Shown: positions 40,101-48,800, counted from the stretch's first letter. The stretch: 64,000 nucleotides of DNA from Azolla caroliniana (GCA_043228905.1 JBHGNT010000014.1:14632001-14696000), one strand, 5' to 3'. Program-made: numbers and translations. Notes: a model not told the origin generated them from the letters alone.

Positions 40101-41172
40101 TAATGATATTGTTGATACGGATGGATGGGAGCAAGAAGTGGACTTGTTTCCCCATACATTATTTTCTTAATAGTCCATATTGTAGACCCATCTTTCTCTC
40201 TATTAACAAAGAGGAAGATGGTAATAGTGATTATCATTTTTATTTGTAGAGAATGTGAGGTTTTTCCTACCGATTAGCGGGGGTTTTACTCACATCTTTT
40301 TATTTTCTTTTTATCTCTCTCATTGTCTATAGCCAAGAGATTGGCGAGAGAGCTTTTGTTTGTTAAGTACTGCCAATAAGTGCTTCGCCATAAATGGCTT
40401 AGCCTCTAACAAGGGGGAGGGCTAAATGTGAAAGTGTTTTTAGAATCTAAGCCATTGAACATTAGGAGAATATAAAGTATAGATAATTCACCTTTTGAGG
40501 ATAAGAACACGAACTAAGACCTTAGGGAAGAAGTCAAAAGTAAAAGTACGAGACCAAGAGAAAAGTAAAAGGAGAAAACGCAAACTATAAAAAACAGTAA
40601 AAATAGAATGGTCATAACTCCCTCGTTGTTTATCCAAATATCACGTTTAAATATGGATTAGAAAGCTTGTAAAAAGAGCTTTCTATAGCTTTTTAAATCG
40701 CTTAATTTGGATATCGGATGAGGGAGATATGACGATTAGAAGGTTGATGTGTCATAGCTAAAAATAGGGAGATAAAAAGCTTCTAAAAATAGCATGAACG
40801 TGGATAAGAAGAGGAAGGTTATAAAAGAAGAAGTAATATTAGTGAGGAGGGGGGCGAAGAGTGAAGGCCAAAGAGTGGATGAGGAGTGTTAGGAAGAAGT
40901 GTCTTTGTGGAAGAGGAAGTGTCTTAGAAGAAGAAGGTCTTTGGTTTTAGTTCAATGTGGAGTTTGTCTCCTTTGTATTCTCTTGATGTTGGAATATCAG
41001 AATATTCTTATTTCTTGCTCGCTTTCTCTATCTTTTTTCTTAGTTTCTTGAGTTATACTCTCTAATCATAATTACCTAGAGCTATATAATATATTATGAT
41101 CTTCAACTCCATCTAATCGGTTTGATCAAGCCCTCATATAGTGTATAACTATCTATTATCTTATACACTCTA
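34194..41172 (+). mobile_element. Autonomous copy 2, structurally complete (LTRs 34194-34920 and 40427-41172)
   Basis: PBS at 34924, single intact ORF, PPT before 40427. Confidence 0.95.
35008..40170 (+). CDS. Gag-Pol polyprotein, 1720 aa: gag with Zn knuckle, protease, RT, RNase H, archaeal-type RNase H (aRH), integrase
   Basis: CYSCQEEGHSTRC; LVDSGA; DGYSGYFQ, MPFGL, FMDD; aRH FFDGA..NNEAEY..GDS..NKEADALA; HHCC, WGIDAVGP, VSDHG, QANGAVE, WEGPF. Confidence 0.95.
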   Translation: MQFAFSGERTQDAGAFLACFEHHAISIGRITDNEKLPLLVATFYGRARDWYDSLPQNEQGEYQLLVHQFRTRYIQWKSATEVREELFQLKMESPFGFLEYERNFKDLWTTWIRLRGGTEDEWFKIEQFKVGLDMHFRLEASLKDPTTFQALLQVCQDYDRQVKMMSSMGDPQMTALGANLMPRANFQALSSIVHGGQVFPNVYTTTTINPTSISQEVEQVKSEQDTMALVNRRFDEVMAHLQQSQAIRNIIPDGGGSRGHQGVICYSCQEEGHSTRCPHRQQRGMERDMYEVQRNGQRPINNGVEGGESITLPMTQVPTIPHNVNLLNFIDDSDNSFEVAPVKRTRSSQKEKEVEGESSASRQKKKSKENEKEEKLRRRHSRRKIKMEDIPMGEGVEAFNLKHELISSGPRITWPQLLQLSPTLRKEWGRLASIRQSRKTVHYVGIVRVEDRKDIRPTIPVSIKGFHIKDALVDSGARVSLISEFVVNKVGIPISRSSSARVVVADGGVVHCIGIVEDVVIKCFGVSISMDFHVIPLKGPSYSLVLGRPWMQELNVVQDWSKGLMTITPSKGVSIHYDMRQQRLIEKEEDGITEYDSGSAYESDESEDSSSEWEMTTSYAVLKEEDDEGGLITMEQKEKMISKDLKGQERQQFINLISEFPNLFISDYAHIRGVDVIQHHINLKEGTTPVAQKLRRLGHVQKEALLKEVKALLRAQFIYPVEDSEWVSPIVVVPKKNGKWRVCVDYKPLNAATKRDHFPLPFQDEILDEIAGHEMYSVCDGYSGYFQIRIAEEDQKKTTFITPWGCFAYRCMPFGLTNAVFTFNRLAIHVFQPFFGKFVRVFMDDFAIYSSRKDHLEKVCSAFKRLEECKMQLNPEKCHIGEKEVVMLGHVVSQEGIKVDSSKIEAIQKMTTPTSIKDLEVFVQKVRYFERFIHMLAQILYPFRIILRTNNFLWTSTTEEQYVRIKELLCNAPILKPPDRTSTFFLSLSVGSHAIGAILMQQDSENRLMHPIYFISKAMSDVEKEFLEVEKWMLALIYACKKFRSFLLPHHFVIITSMSLLPYVLQHVSISARIAKWALLLAEFDFEVKLESTMRAELADLLTFRETFHEEDLVKLRKALPEPDMEDAFTLFFDGAFRKATNIAVGGIILKDPQGDRVKSEGITLSGVNSNNEAEYATLCYGLRLCKAMKIKRLILKGDSLLVIKQIQGNWKCQSDGLRNFYKEAMSLLRSFEKIQVKHVGRLYNKEADALAQAQLDKIKEGFVGVLETCKDVDSLEEVHNFLDKGEFPNNLNALQRKRLVAKASQYHLVGEDLYNKGKDGVLRRVPNKSEIIKILFKLHEEVCGGHLAHDIMIRKILLIGFTWPTIHRDVHDWCRSCDACQKAGIRHLQSGPLQPIVVFAPFEKWGIDAVGPLPKTQHVKEFILVAIDYMTKWVEAIATSSIKAKDVAQFVYKNICTRFGVPMEIVSDHGPGFRSEMLACLLSKLKIKHRYSTPYYPQANGAVEKVNGLIVKNLTKLVQDKVRTWDRYLDDTLWAYRVSYKSSTGFTPFYLVYGKEALLPIELEIKSNRLMEASHRSKGNDVMSRLASNHLLQYSREEAVEHYLNQAMKRKEAYDKKHKGNHIEEGSLVLRYDNRYDYIQGQKLDNKWEGPFVVHKKYDNGSYQLKDVDGALHSYRVNGWRLKKYVTRGPTYIPQVTNDIVDTDGWEQEVDLFPHTLFS

Positions 41173-41237
41173 CCATCTAATCGGTTTGATCAAGCCCTCA
41201 TATAGTGTATAACTATCTATTATCTTATACACTCTAA

Positions 41238-41857
41238 TGATAGAGTGTATAAGATAATAGATAGTTATACACTATATGAGGGCTTGATCAAACCGATTAG
41301 ATGGAGTTGAAGATCATAATATATTATATAGCTCTAGGTAATTATGATTAGAGAGTATAACTCAAGAAACTAAGAAAAAAGATAGAGAAAGCGAGCAAGA
41401 AATAAGAATATTCTGATATTCCAACATCAAGAGAATACAAAGGAGACAAACTCCACATTGAACTAAAACCAAAGACCTTCCTCTTCTAAGACACTTCCTC
41501 TTCTACAAAGACACTTCTTCCTAACACTCCTCATCCACTCTTTGGCCTTCACTCTTAGCCCTTCTCACTAATATTACTTCTTCTTTTATAACCTTCCTCT
41601 TCTTATCCATGTTCATGCTATTTTTAGAAGCTTTTTATCTCCCTATTTTTAGCTATGACACATCAACCTTCTAATCGTCATATCTCCCTCATCCGATATC
41701 CAAATTAAGCGATTTAAAAAGCTATAGAAAGCTCTTTTTACAAGCTTTCTAATCCATATTTAAACGTGATATTTGGATAAACAACGAGGGAGTTATGACC
41801 ATTCTATTTTTACTGTTTTTTATAGTCTGCGTTTTCTCTTTTTACTTTTCTCTTGGT
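41238..41857 (-). repeat. Inverted LTR lacking about 100 bp of U3, tail-to-tail with the preceding LTR
   Basis: Reverse complement of the LTR; preceded by a 64-bp tandem duplication of the U5 end (41173-41236). Confidence 0.9.
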
Positions 41858-42060
41858 GAGTTCTAGACCGTGAGGTCAATACAAGGAGTGCGAACGGTAT
41901 ACAATCGGTGGGTGAATGTGAGATTAAGAGTGAGAATTATAGAGAGAGAGAGAGAGAGAGAGAGATACACAAAGAATTGTGAGTTCTAGACCGTGAGGTC
42001 AATACAAGGAGTGCGAACGGTATACAATTGGTGGGTGAATGTGAGATTAAGAGTGAGAAT

Positions 42061-42114
<54 letters not shown>

Positions 42115-42187
42115 TGTACAAAGTTTAGAGAGAGAGAAATAGACTAAAGACTAATTCATATTAAGAAACTTAAAAAGTAATACAAAG

Positions 42188-42249
42188 AAATGGTCGATGT
42201 GGCAAACTAGTTTCGCTCCTACGGAGCTCATCAGTGCACAAGACCATTT
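42188..42249 (-). ncRNA. Minimal type I hammerhead ribozyme, copy 1
   Basis: Minus strand AAAUGGUC-UUGUGCA-CUGAUGA-GCUCC-GUA-GGAGC-GAAA-CUAG-UU^UGCCACAUC-GACCAUUU: core boxes, helix II, palindromic minimal helix III and extended helix I. Confidence 0.85.
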
Positions 42250-42306
42250 AGAATTGGAGGGGTTTATATAGGGAAGATAAGGATGTGTGTGTGTGTGTGT
42301 GTGTGC

Positions 42307-42380
<74 letters not shown>

Positions 42381-43133
42381 TAGTGTGTGTGTGTGTTCAA
42401 ATTTGATGATGTAGGAGATATGGGGTTTGATATATTTGGTGTGGGATAGAAGATTTTTTGGGGTTATTTGAAAAACATGTAGGGGAGTGTGAGAGAGAAA
42501 GAGAGAGGAAGGGTAAGAGAGAAGTGTGTGAGGTGGGAGTTAGGGATGGTGAAGTACGTTAGAATGTATGGAGATCTTTGAAAAAAGGAGGGGGGTAGGA
42601 AGAATTGGAGGGTATATTGGAAATTAAAGTGGAGGAGGAAAGGGTAGAGTGAGATTAAGAAAAATGAAAGGGGGAGGGGTACGAGAAATTTACTAAAAGA
42701 GGGAAGGGTATGAATGTAATTCTGGAAAAAAGGAAGGGGGAAAGGGGTAGATTGAAATTAGTGAACGAGACAGGGGTAGAGTAAATTGACAAAGTGGGAA
42801 TGAAGTGAAAAGATCACCAAGAACGATTCAAGCGCACCCAAATCGTTTCATATACTTGGCGTGAGTTAGGGAAAGGTAGGGGTAAAGTTAGAGTGGCAAT
42901 GAAAAAGTAAAGGGAGGGGTAGAAGATCAAATTAGGAAAAATAAGGGGGAGGTGATGGTTAGAAAAAATAAAATAAAATAAAATTTGGAAACAATAAAAG
43001 GTGAGGGGAGGGGTAGGATTAGAAAATAGGAAAAAGGAGAATGAGGGGAAGAGGCTAAAAATTAAGAGGTGAGGGGTAGAATTGGAAAATAGGAGAAACT
43101 GAATTAGGGGAGGATGCTAAAAGTTAAAATGTG

Positions 43134-43560
43134 AGGGGTAGAGTTAAAGATAAGGAAAAGTAAGGGGAGGGTATAGTGAAAATATTGAAAAGTTAGGGAA
43201 GGGGTAGAGTTAAAGATAAGGAAACGTAAGGGGGAGGGTATAGTGAAAATATGGAAAAGTTAGGGAAGGGGTAGAGTTAAAGATAAGGAAAAGTAAGGGG
43301 GAGGGAGGGTATAGTGAAAATATTGAAAAGTTTGGGAAGGGGTAGAGTTAAAGATAAGGAAAAATAAGGGGGAGGATATAGTGAAAAATTATATGGAAAG
43401 GTTTGGGAAGGGGTAGAGTTAAAGATAAGGGAAAGTAAGGGGGAGGGTATAGTGAAAATATGGAAAAGTTAGGGGAGGGGTAGAGTTAAAGATAAGGAAA
43501 AGTAAGGGGGAGGGTATAGTGGAAATATCGAAAAGTTAGGGAAGGGGTAGAGTTGAAAAT
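43134..43560. repeat. About 60-bp purine-rich minisatellite, about 7 copies
   Basis: GGGGTAGAGTTAAAGATAAGGAAAAGTAAGGGGGAGGGTATAGTGAAAATATTGAAAAGTTAGGGAA repeated. Confidence 0.9.
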
Positions 43561-44268
43561 AGGTAAGGGTATGTTGAGAATTAGGTAAAGATAAAAGAGG
43601 GGTAAAGTTAATATAGAGAGAGACTATGGGGGAAGGATATCATGCAAGAGAAAGTGAGTGGGAGGGAGAGTGATGCAAGGTATATTGGTTACAACGGAAG
43701 GGTAGAACATATGTTGAATACAAATGCCGGCTACAATGTAATCCCGTGCATTGGAAAGGAAAGGAAATACTAAGATTATGCAAAATGCCAACTATTGAAA
43801 GTAGTCCATATGCACACATACTAAAAGAGACAAAAGGGAATGCATGGCTAACGAATGTAGTCCCATGCTTACAATGAAAAGATGTAAGGAAGTGAGAGAT
43901 AATATGTTGAAGGCATGTTGGGATGCCGATGATGCCGTTGCAAATGCCTTCCACTTGAAATGAGGGAACTCGACACGAAGTGGATACTCGAAGGGCGTCA
44001 ATCATATGCCATCGTGGGTTCACGTCTCTGTGGATTGGTCCTCCATAGAAATTACTACGAATTGTGAGTTCTAGACCGTGAGGTCAATACAAGGAGTGCG
44101 AACGGTATACAATCGGTGGGTGAATGTGAGATTAAGAGTGAGAATTATAGAGAGAGAGAGAGAGAGAGAGAGATACACAAAGAATTGTGAGTTCTAGACC
44201 GTGAGGTCAATACAAGGAGTGCGAACGGTATACAATTGGTGGGTGAATGTGAGATTAAGAGTGAGAAT

Positions 44269-44312
<44 letters not shown>

Positions 44313-44385
44313 TGTACAAAGTTTAGAGAGAGAGAAATAGACTAAAGACTAATTCATATTAAGAAACTTAAAAAGTAATACAAAG

Positions 44386-44447
44386 AAATGGTCGATGTGG
44401 CAAACTAGTTTCGCTCCTACGGAGCTCATCAGTGCACAAGACCATTT
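44386..44447 (-). ncRNA. Minimal type I hammerhead ribozyme, copy 2
   Basis: Identical to copy 1, 2198 nt away. Confidence 0.85.
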
Positions 44448-44504
44448 AGAATTGGAGGGGTTTATATAGGGAAGATAAGGATGTGTGTGTGTGTGTGTGT
44501 GTGC

Positions 44505-44546
<42 letters not shown>

Positions 44547-44597
44547 TAGTGTATAACTATCTATTATCTTATACACCCTATCATTTTGGCGCTAAAG

Positions 44598-45416
44598 TGA
44601 TAGGGTGTATAAGATAATAGATAGTTATACACTATATGAGGGCTTGACCAAACCGATTAGATGGAGTTGAAAATCATAATATATTATATAGCTCTAGGTA
44701 ATTATGATTAGAGAGTATAACTCAAGAAACTAAGAAAAAAGATAGAGAAAGCGAGCAAGAAATAAGAATGTTCTGATATTCCAACATCAAGAGAATACAA
44801 AGGAGACAAACTCCACATTGAACTAAAACCAAAGACCTTCCTCTTCTAAGACACTTCCTCTTCCACAAAGACACTTCTTCCTAACACTCCTCATCCACTC
44901 TTTGGCCTTCACTCTTCCCCCCAAGACACTTCTTCTTCCACAAAGACACTTCTTCCTAACACTCCTCATCCACTCTTTTGCCTTCACTCTTCCCTTTTCT
45001 CACTAATATTACTTCTTCTTTTATAACCTTCCTCTTCTTATCCACGTTCATGCTATTTTTAGAAGCTTTTTATCTCCCTATTTTTAGCTATGACACATCA
45101 ACCTTCTAATCGTCATATCTCCCTCATCCGATATCCAAATTAAGCGATTTAAAAAGCTATAGAAAGCTCTTTTTACAAGCTTTCTAATCCATATTTAAAC
45201 GTGATATTTGGATAAACAACGAGGGAGTTATGACCATTCTATTTTTACTGTTTTTTATAGTCTGCGTTTTCTCTTTTTACTTTTCTCTTGGTCTCGTACT
45301 TTTACTTTTGACTTCTTCCCTAAGGTCTTAGTTCGTGTTCTTATCCTCAAAAGGTGAATTATCTATACTTTATATTCTCCTAATGTTCAATGGCTTAGAT
45401 TCTAAAAACACTTTCA
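44598..45416 (-). repeat. Gypsy LTR with internal duplication
   Basis: Reverse complement of the LTR; joined head-to-tail to the next LTR at 45417-45418. Confidence 0.9.
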
Positions 45417-45418
45417 AA

Positions 45419-48400
45419 TGATAGGGTGTATAAGATAATAGATAGTTATACACTATATGAGGGCTTGACCAAACCGATTAGATGGAGTTGAAAATCATAA
45501 TATATTATATAGCTCTAGGTAATTATGATTAGAGAGTATAACTCAAGAAACTAAGAAAAAAGATAGAGAAAGCGAGCAAGAAATAAGAATGTTCTGATAT
45601 TCCAACATCAAGAGAATACAAAGGAGACAAACTCCACATTGAACTAAAACCAAAGACCTTCCTCTTCTAAGACACTTCCTCTTCTACAAAGACACTTCTT
45701 CCTAACACTCCTCATCCACTCTTTGGCCTTCACTCTTCGCCCCCCTCCTCACTAATATTACTTCTTCTTTTATAACCTTCCTCTTCTTATCCACGTTCAT
45801 GCTATTGACAATTCCATCATCATCTTTCTCCTTGTCAACACAAAGAAAGAGGTTACCACAATCATTATGTCTTCGTTAACTCTCCAAAGACTAGTAGGGC
45901 CATGGGATACATCACTCTTGATAGCAGTAAGCATGTCAACATATAAATGAATCTTTCGAGCGAGCGCACCTTTTGCACAAATACTTTCAAAGCTTCAAGA
46001 CTTGTCGGAATTGTCATCTTTGTAATTATGTTAATCTTTGAATCATCCACATGAAATCCTTTTTGGCACAACATATTGTCCACACTACCTTGTTTTGTAT
46101 AAACAACCATTTTATCGACAATCTCATCTCGAGAAGGAAGTGAAAATTCATCTCGTTTGGTCGAATCATTCAAGGGTTTGAAATTGATCTCATTCTTCTT
46201 TGGAACCAAAACTATAGGTGACACACACCTCAAATCTTCCATCTTATAATTGGAACTTTCTTGTAACCATGCGTTGAACTCTTGCATAAATTCTTCCTTT
46301 TGTTCAACACTCAATTGCCGAAGCTTTGGGGAAATTGATACACTTTCCTTCAAGTTGATGTGGTATTTGTTGCAAGCTTCTCCTCTTATTCCAAAACACT
46401 TGATGAACACATCCTCCACTATGCTTGTGCAATGCACCACTCCACTATCTACTACAACCACCCTTGTTGAAGATGACCTACTAATAGGAATTCCTACTTT
46501 GTTTACTACAAATTCAGAAATCAAGCTTACCCTAGCACCACTATCACCCAAGGCATCTTTGATGTGAACCCCTTTGATGGAGACGGGGATGGTGGGTCGT
46601 ATGTCCTTTCGATCTTCTACTCGCACGATTCCCACATAATGCACAGTCTTCCGACTTTGGCGAATACTTGCAAGTCGCCCCCACTCCTTTCGTAATGTGG
46701 GAGATAATTGGAGAAGTTGCGGCCATGTTATCCTTGGTCCACTTGAAATCAACTCATGCTTCAAATTGAAAGCTTCTACACCTTCACCCATAGGAATGTC
46801 CTCCATCTTGATCTTTCTTCTAGAGTGTCTCCTTCTCAATTTGTCCTCTTTCTCATTCTCCTTAGACTTCTTCTTTTGTCTTGAGTCACTAGATTCTCCT
46901 TCAACTTCTTTCTCCTTTTGCGAGGCTCTTGTCCTTTTCACAAGAGCTACTTCACAAGCACTATCACTATCATCAATAAAATTAAGAAGATTCACATTAT
47001 GAGGAATTGTAGGAACCTGAGTCATTGGAAGTGTTATGGATTCGCCTCCTTCGACTCCATTGTTGATAGGTCGTTGTCCATTCCGTTGCACTTCATACAT
47101 GTCTCTTTCCATACCTCTTTGTTGTCGATGAGGACATCTTGTTGAGTGTCCCTCCTCTTGACAAGAATAACAAATTACACCTTGATGACCTCTAGAGCCA
47201 CCACCATCGGGAATAGTGTTGCGAATTGCTTGGGATTGTTGCAAGTGGGCCATCACTTCATCAAAGCGCCGATTCACCAACGCCATTGTATCTTGTTCAC
47301 TCTTCACTTGTTCCACTTCTTGAGATATACTTGTTGGGTTTATTGTTGTGGTGGTATACACATTTGGAAACACTTGTCCACCATGCACAATTGAAGATAA
47401 GGCTTGAAAGTTGGCACGAGGCATCAAATTTGTACCCAAAGCCGTCATTTGGGGATCCCCCATGGAACTCATCATCTTCACTTGTCGATCATAATCTTGA
47501 CAAACTTGGAGAAGAGCTTGAAAAGTCGTTGGATCCTTCAAGCTTGCCTCCAAACGGAAATGCATATCAAGGCCCACCTTAAATTGTTCTATCTTAAACC
47601 ACTCGTCTTCGGTGCCACCACGAAGACGAATCCACATCGTCCACAATTCTTGGAAATTTCGTTCATACTCTAAAAAACCAAAAGGTGATTCCATCTTTAG
47701 TTGAAAAAGCTCCTCCCTTACCTCAGTTGCACTTTTCCATTGAATATATCTTGTACGAAATTGATGCACCAATAATTGATATTCTCCTTGTTCATTTTGC
47801 GGAAGAGAGTCATACCAATCTCGAGCACGACCATAGAATGTAGCTACCAACAAGGGCAACTTTTCGTTGTCGGTGATGCGTCCAATAGATATGGCATGAT
47901 GCTCAAAGCATGCCAAAAAGGCACCAGCATCTTGTGTTCTTTCACCCGAAAATGCAAATTGCATAGCTAAGTTAATGTAATATAGTAACACAATTAAATG
48001 ATAACTTCTCTTCCGATACGGAAAGGATCCGCCCTCCCTGGAGCGCCAAAATGATAGGGTGTATAAGATAATAGATAGTTATACACTATATGAGGGCTTG
48101 ACCAAACCGATTAGATGGAGTTGAAAATCATAATATATTATATAGCTCTAGGTAATTATGATTAGAGAGTATAACTCAAGAAACTAAGAAAAAAGATAGA
48201 GAAAGCGAGCAAGAAATAAGAATGTTCTGATATTCCAACATCAAGAGAATACAAAGGAGACAAACTCCACATTGAACTAAAACCAAAGACCTTCCTCTTC
48301 TAAGACACTTCCTCTTCTACAAAGACACTTCTTCCTAACACTCCTCATCTACTCTTTGGCCTTCACTCTTCGCCCCCCTCCTCACTAATATTACTTCTTC

Positions 48401-48800
48401 TTTTATAACCTTCCTCTTCTTATCCACGTTCATGCTATTTTTAGAAGCTTTTTATCTCCCTATTTTTAGCTATGACACATCAACCTTCTAATCGTCATAT
48501 CTCCCTCATCCGATATCCAAATTAAGCGATTTAAAAAGCTATAGAAAGCTCTTTTTACAAGCTTTCTAATCCTTATTTAAACGTGATATTTGGATAAACA
48601 ACGAGGGAGTTATGACCATTCTATTTTTACTGTTTTTTATAGTCTGCGTTTTCTCTTTTTACTTTTCTCTTGGTCTCGTACTTTTACTTTTGACTTCTTC
48701 TCTAAGATCTTAGTTCGTGTTCTTATCCTCAAAAGGTGAATTATCTATACTTTATATTCTCCTAATGTTCAATGGCTTAGATTCTAAAAACACTTTCACA
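45419..48800 (-). mobile_element. Non-autonomous copy 2 (5' LTR 48052-48800, PBS, ORF, half 3' LTR 45419-45806; PPT deleted)
   Basis: Same structure as 30288-34186; 3'UTR fused to mid-LTR through ATT microhomology. Confidence 0.9.
45865..47964 (-). CDS. Gag-protease-degenerate RT remnant, 699 aa, open frame
   Basis: ORF track; tail matches RT segments (SPIVLVPKKN, FKPLN..TKRDEFSLP, GFHVDDSKI) but lacks both catalytic Asp motifs. Confidence 0.85.
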   Translation of the reverse strand: MQFAFSGERTQDAGAFLACFEHHAISIGRITDNEKLPLLVATFYGRARDWYDSLPQNEQGEYQLLVHQFRTRYIQWKSATEVREELFQLKMESPFGFLEYERNFQELWTMWIRLRGGTEDEWFKIEQFKVGLDMHFRLEASLKDPTTFQALLQVCQDYDRQVKMMSSMGDPQMTALGTNLMPRANFQALSSIVHGGQVFPNVYTTTTINPTSISQEVEQVKSEQDTMALVNRRFDEVMAHLQQSQAIRNTIPDGGGSRGHQGVICYSCQEEGHSTRCPHRQQRGMERDMYEVQRNGQRPINNGVEGGESITLPMTQVPTIPHNVNLLNFIDDSDSACEVALVKRTRASQKEKEVEGESSDSRQKKKSKENEKEDKLRRRHSRRKIKMEDIPMGEGVEAFNLKHELISSGPRITWPQLLQLSPTLRKEWGRLASIRQSRKTVHYVGIVRVEDRKDIRPTIPVSIKGVHIKDALGDSGARVSLISEFVVNKVGIPISRSSSTRVVVVDSGVVHCTSIVEDVFIKCFGIRGEACNKYHINLKESVSISPKLRQLSVEQKEEFMQEFNAWLQESSNYKMEDLRCVSPIVLVPKKNEINFKPLNDSTKRDEFSLPSRDEIVDKMVVYTKQGSVDNMLCQKGFHVDDSKINIITKMTIPTSLEALKVFVQKVRSLERFIYMLTCLLLSRVMYPMALLVFGELTKT

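Larger units (their letters stand above)
41856..44552 (-). mobile_element. Non-coding retrozyme/Penelope-pLTR-like insert, about 2.2-kb unit with about 0.5-kb terminal redundancy
   Basis: 41856-42386 recurs at 44064-44552, apparently differing only in GA/GT run lengths; each copy holds a hammerhead motif; no recognisable ORF. Confidence 0.75.
19613..48800. mobile_element. Concatemeric array of a young Tat-like Ty3/gypsy family (about 12 LTRs, 5 gag copies, mixed orientation)
   Basis: Near-identical LTRs of about 730 bp (TGTGAAAG..CTATCA), PBS TGGCGCTCCAGGGAGGG, PPT AAGGGGGAGGGC; no short TSD seen at internal junctions. Confidence 0.92.

Noticed and set aside
43134-43560. Regular repeats resembling a CRISPR array
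   Set aside because: Contiguous tandem units with no unique spacers, no cas genes, eukaryotic context
43640-44023. 127-aa ORF in the ribozyme insert as a possible GIY-YIG or RT remnant
   Set aside because: No recognisable motif and a non-ATG start
21860-47970. Recurrent antisense ORFs of 60-140 aa
   Set aside because: Shadows of gag-pol that recur only because the element is repeated
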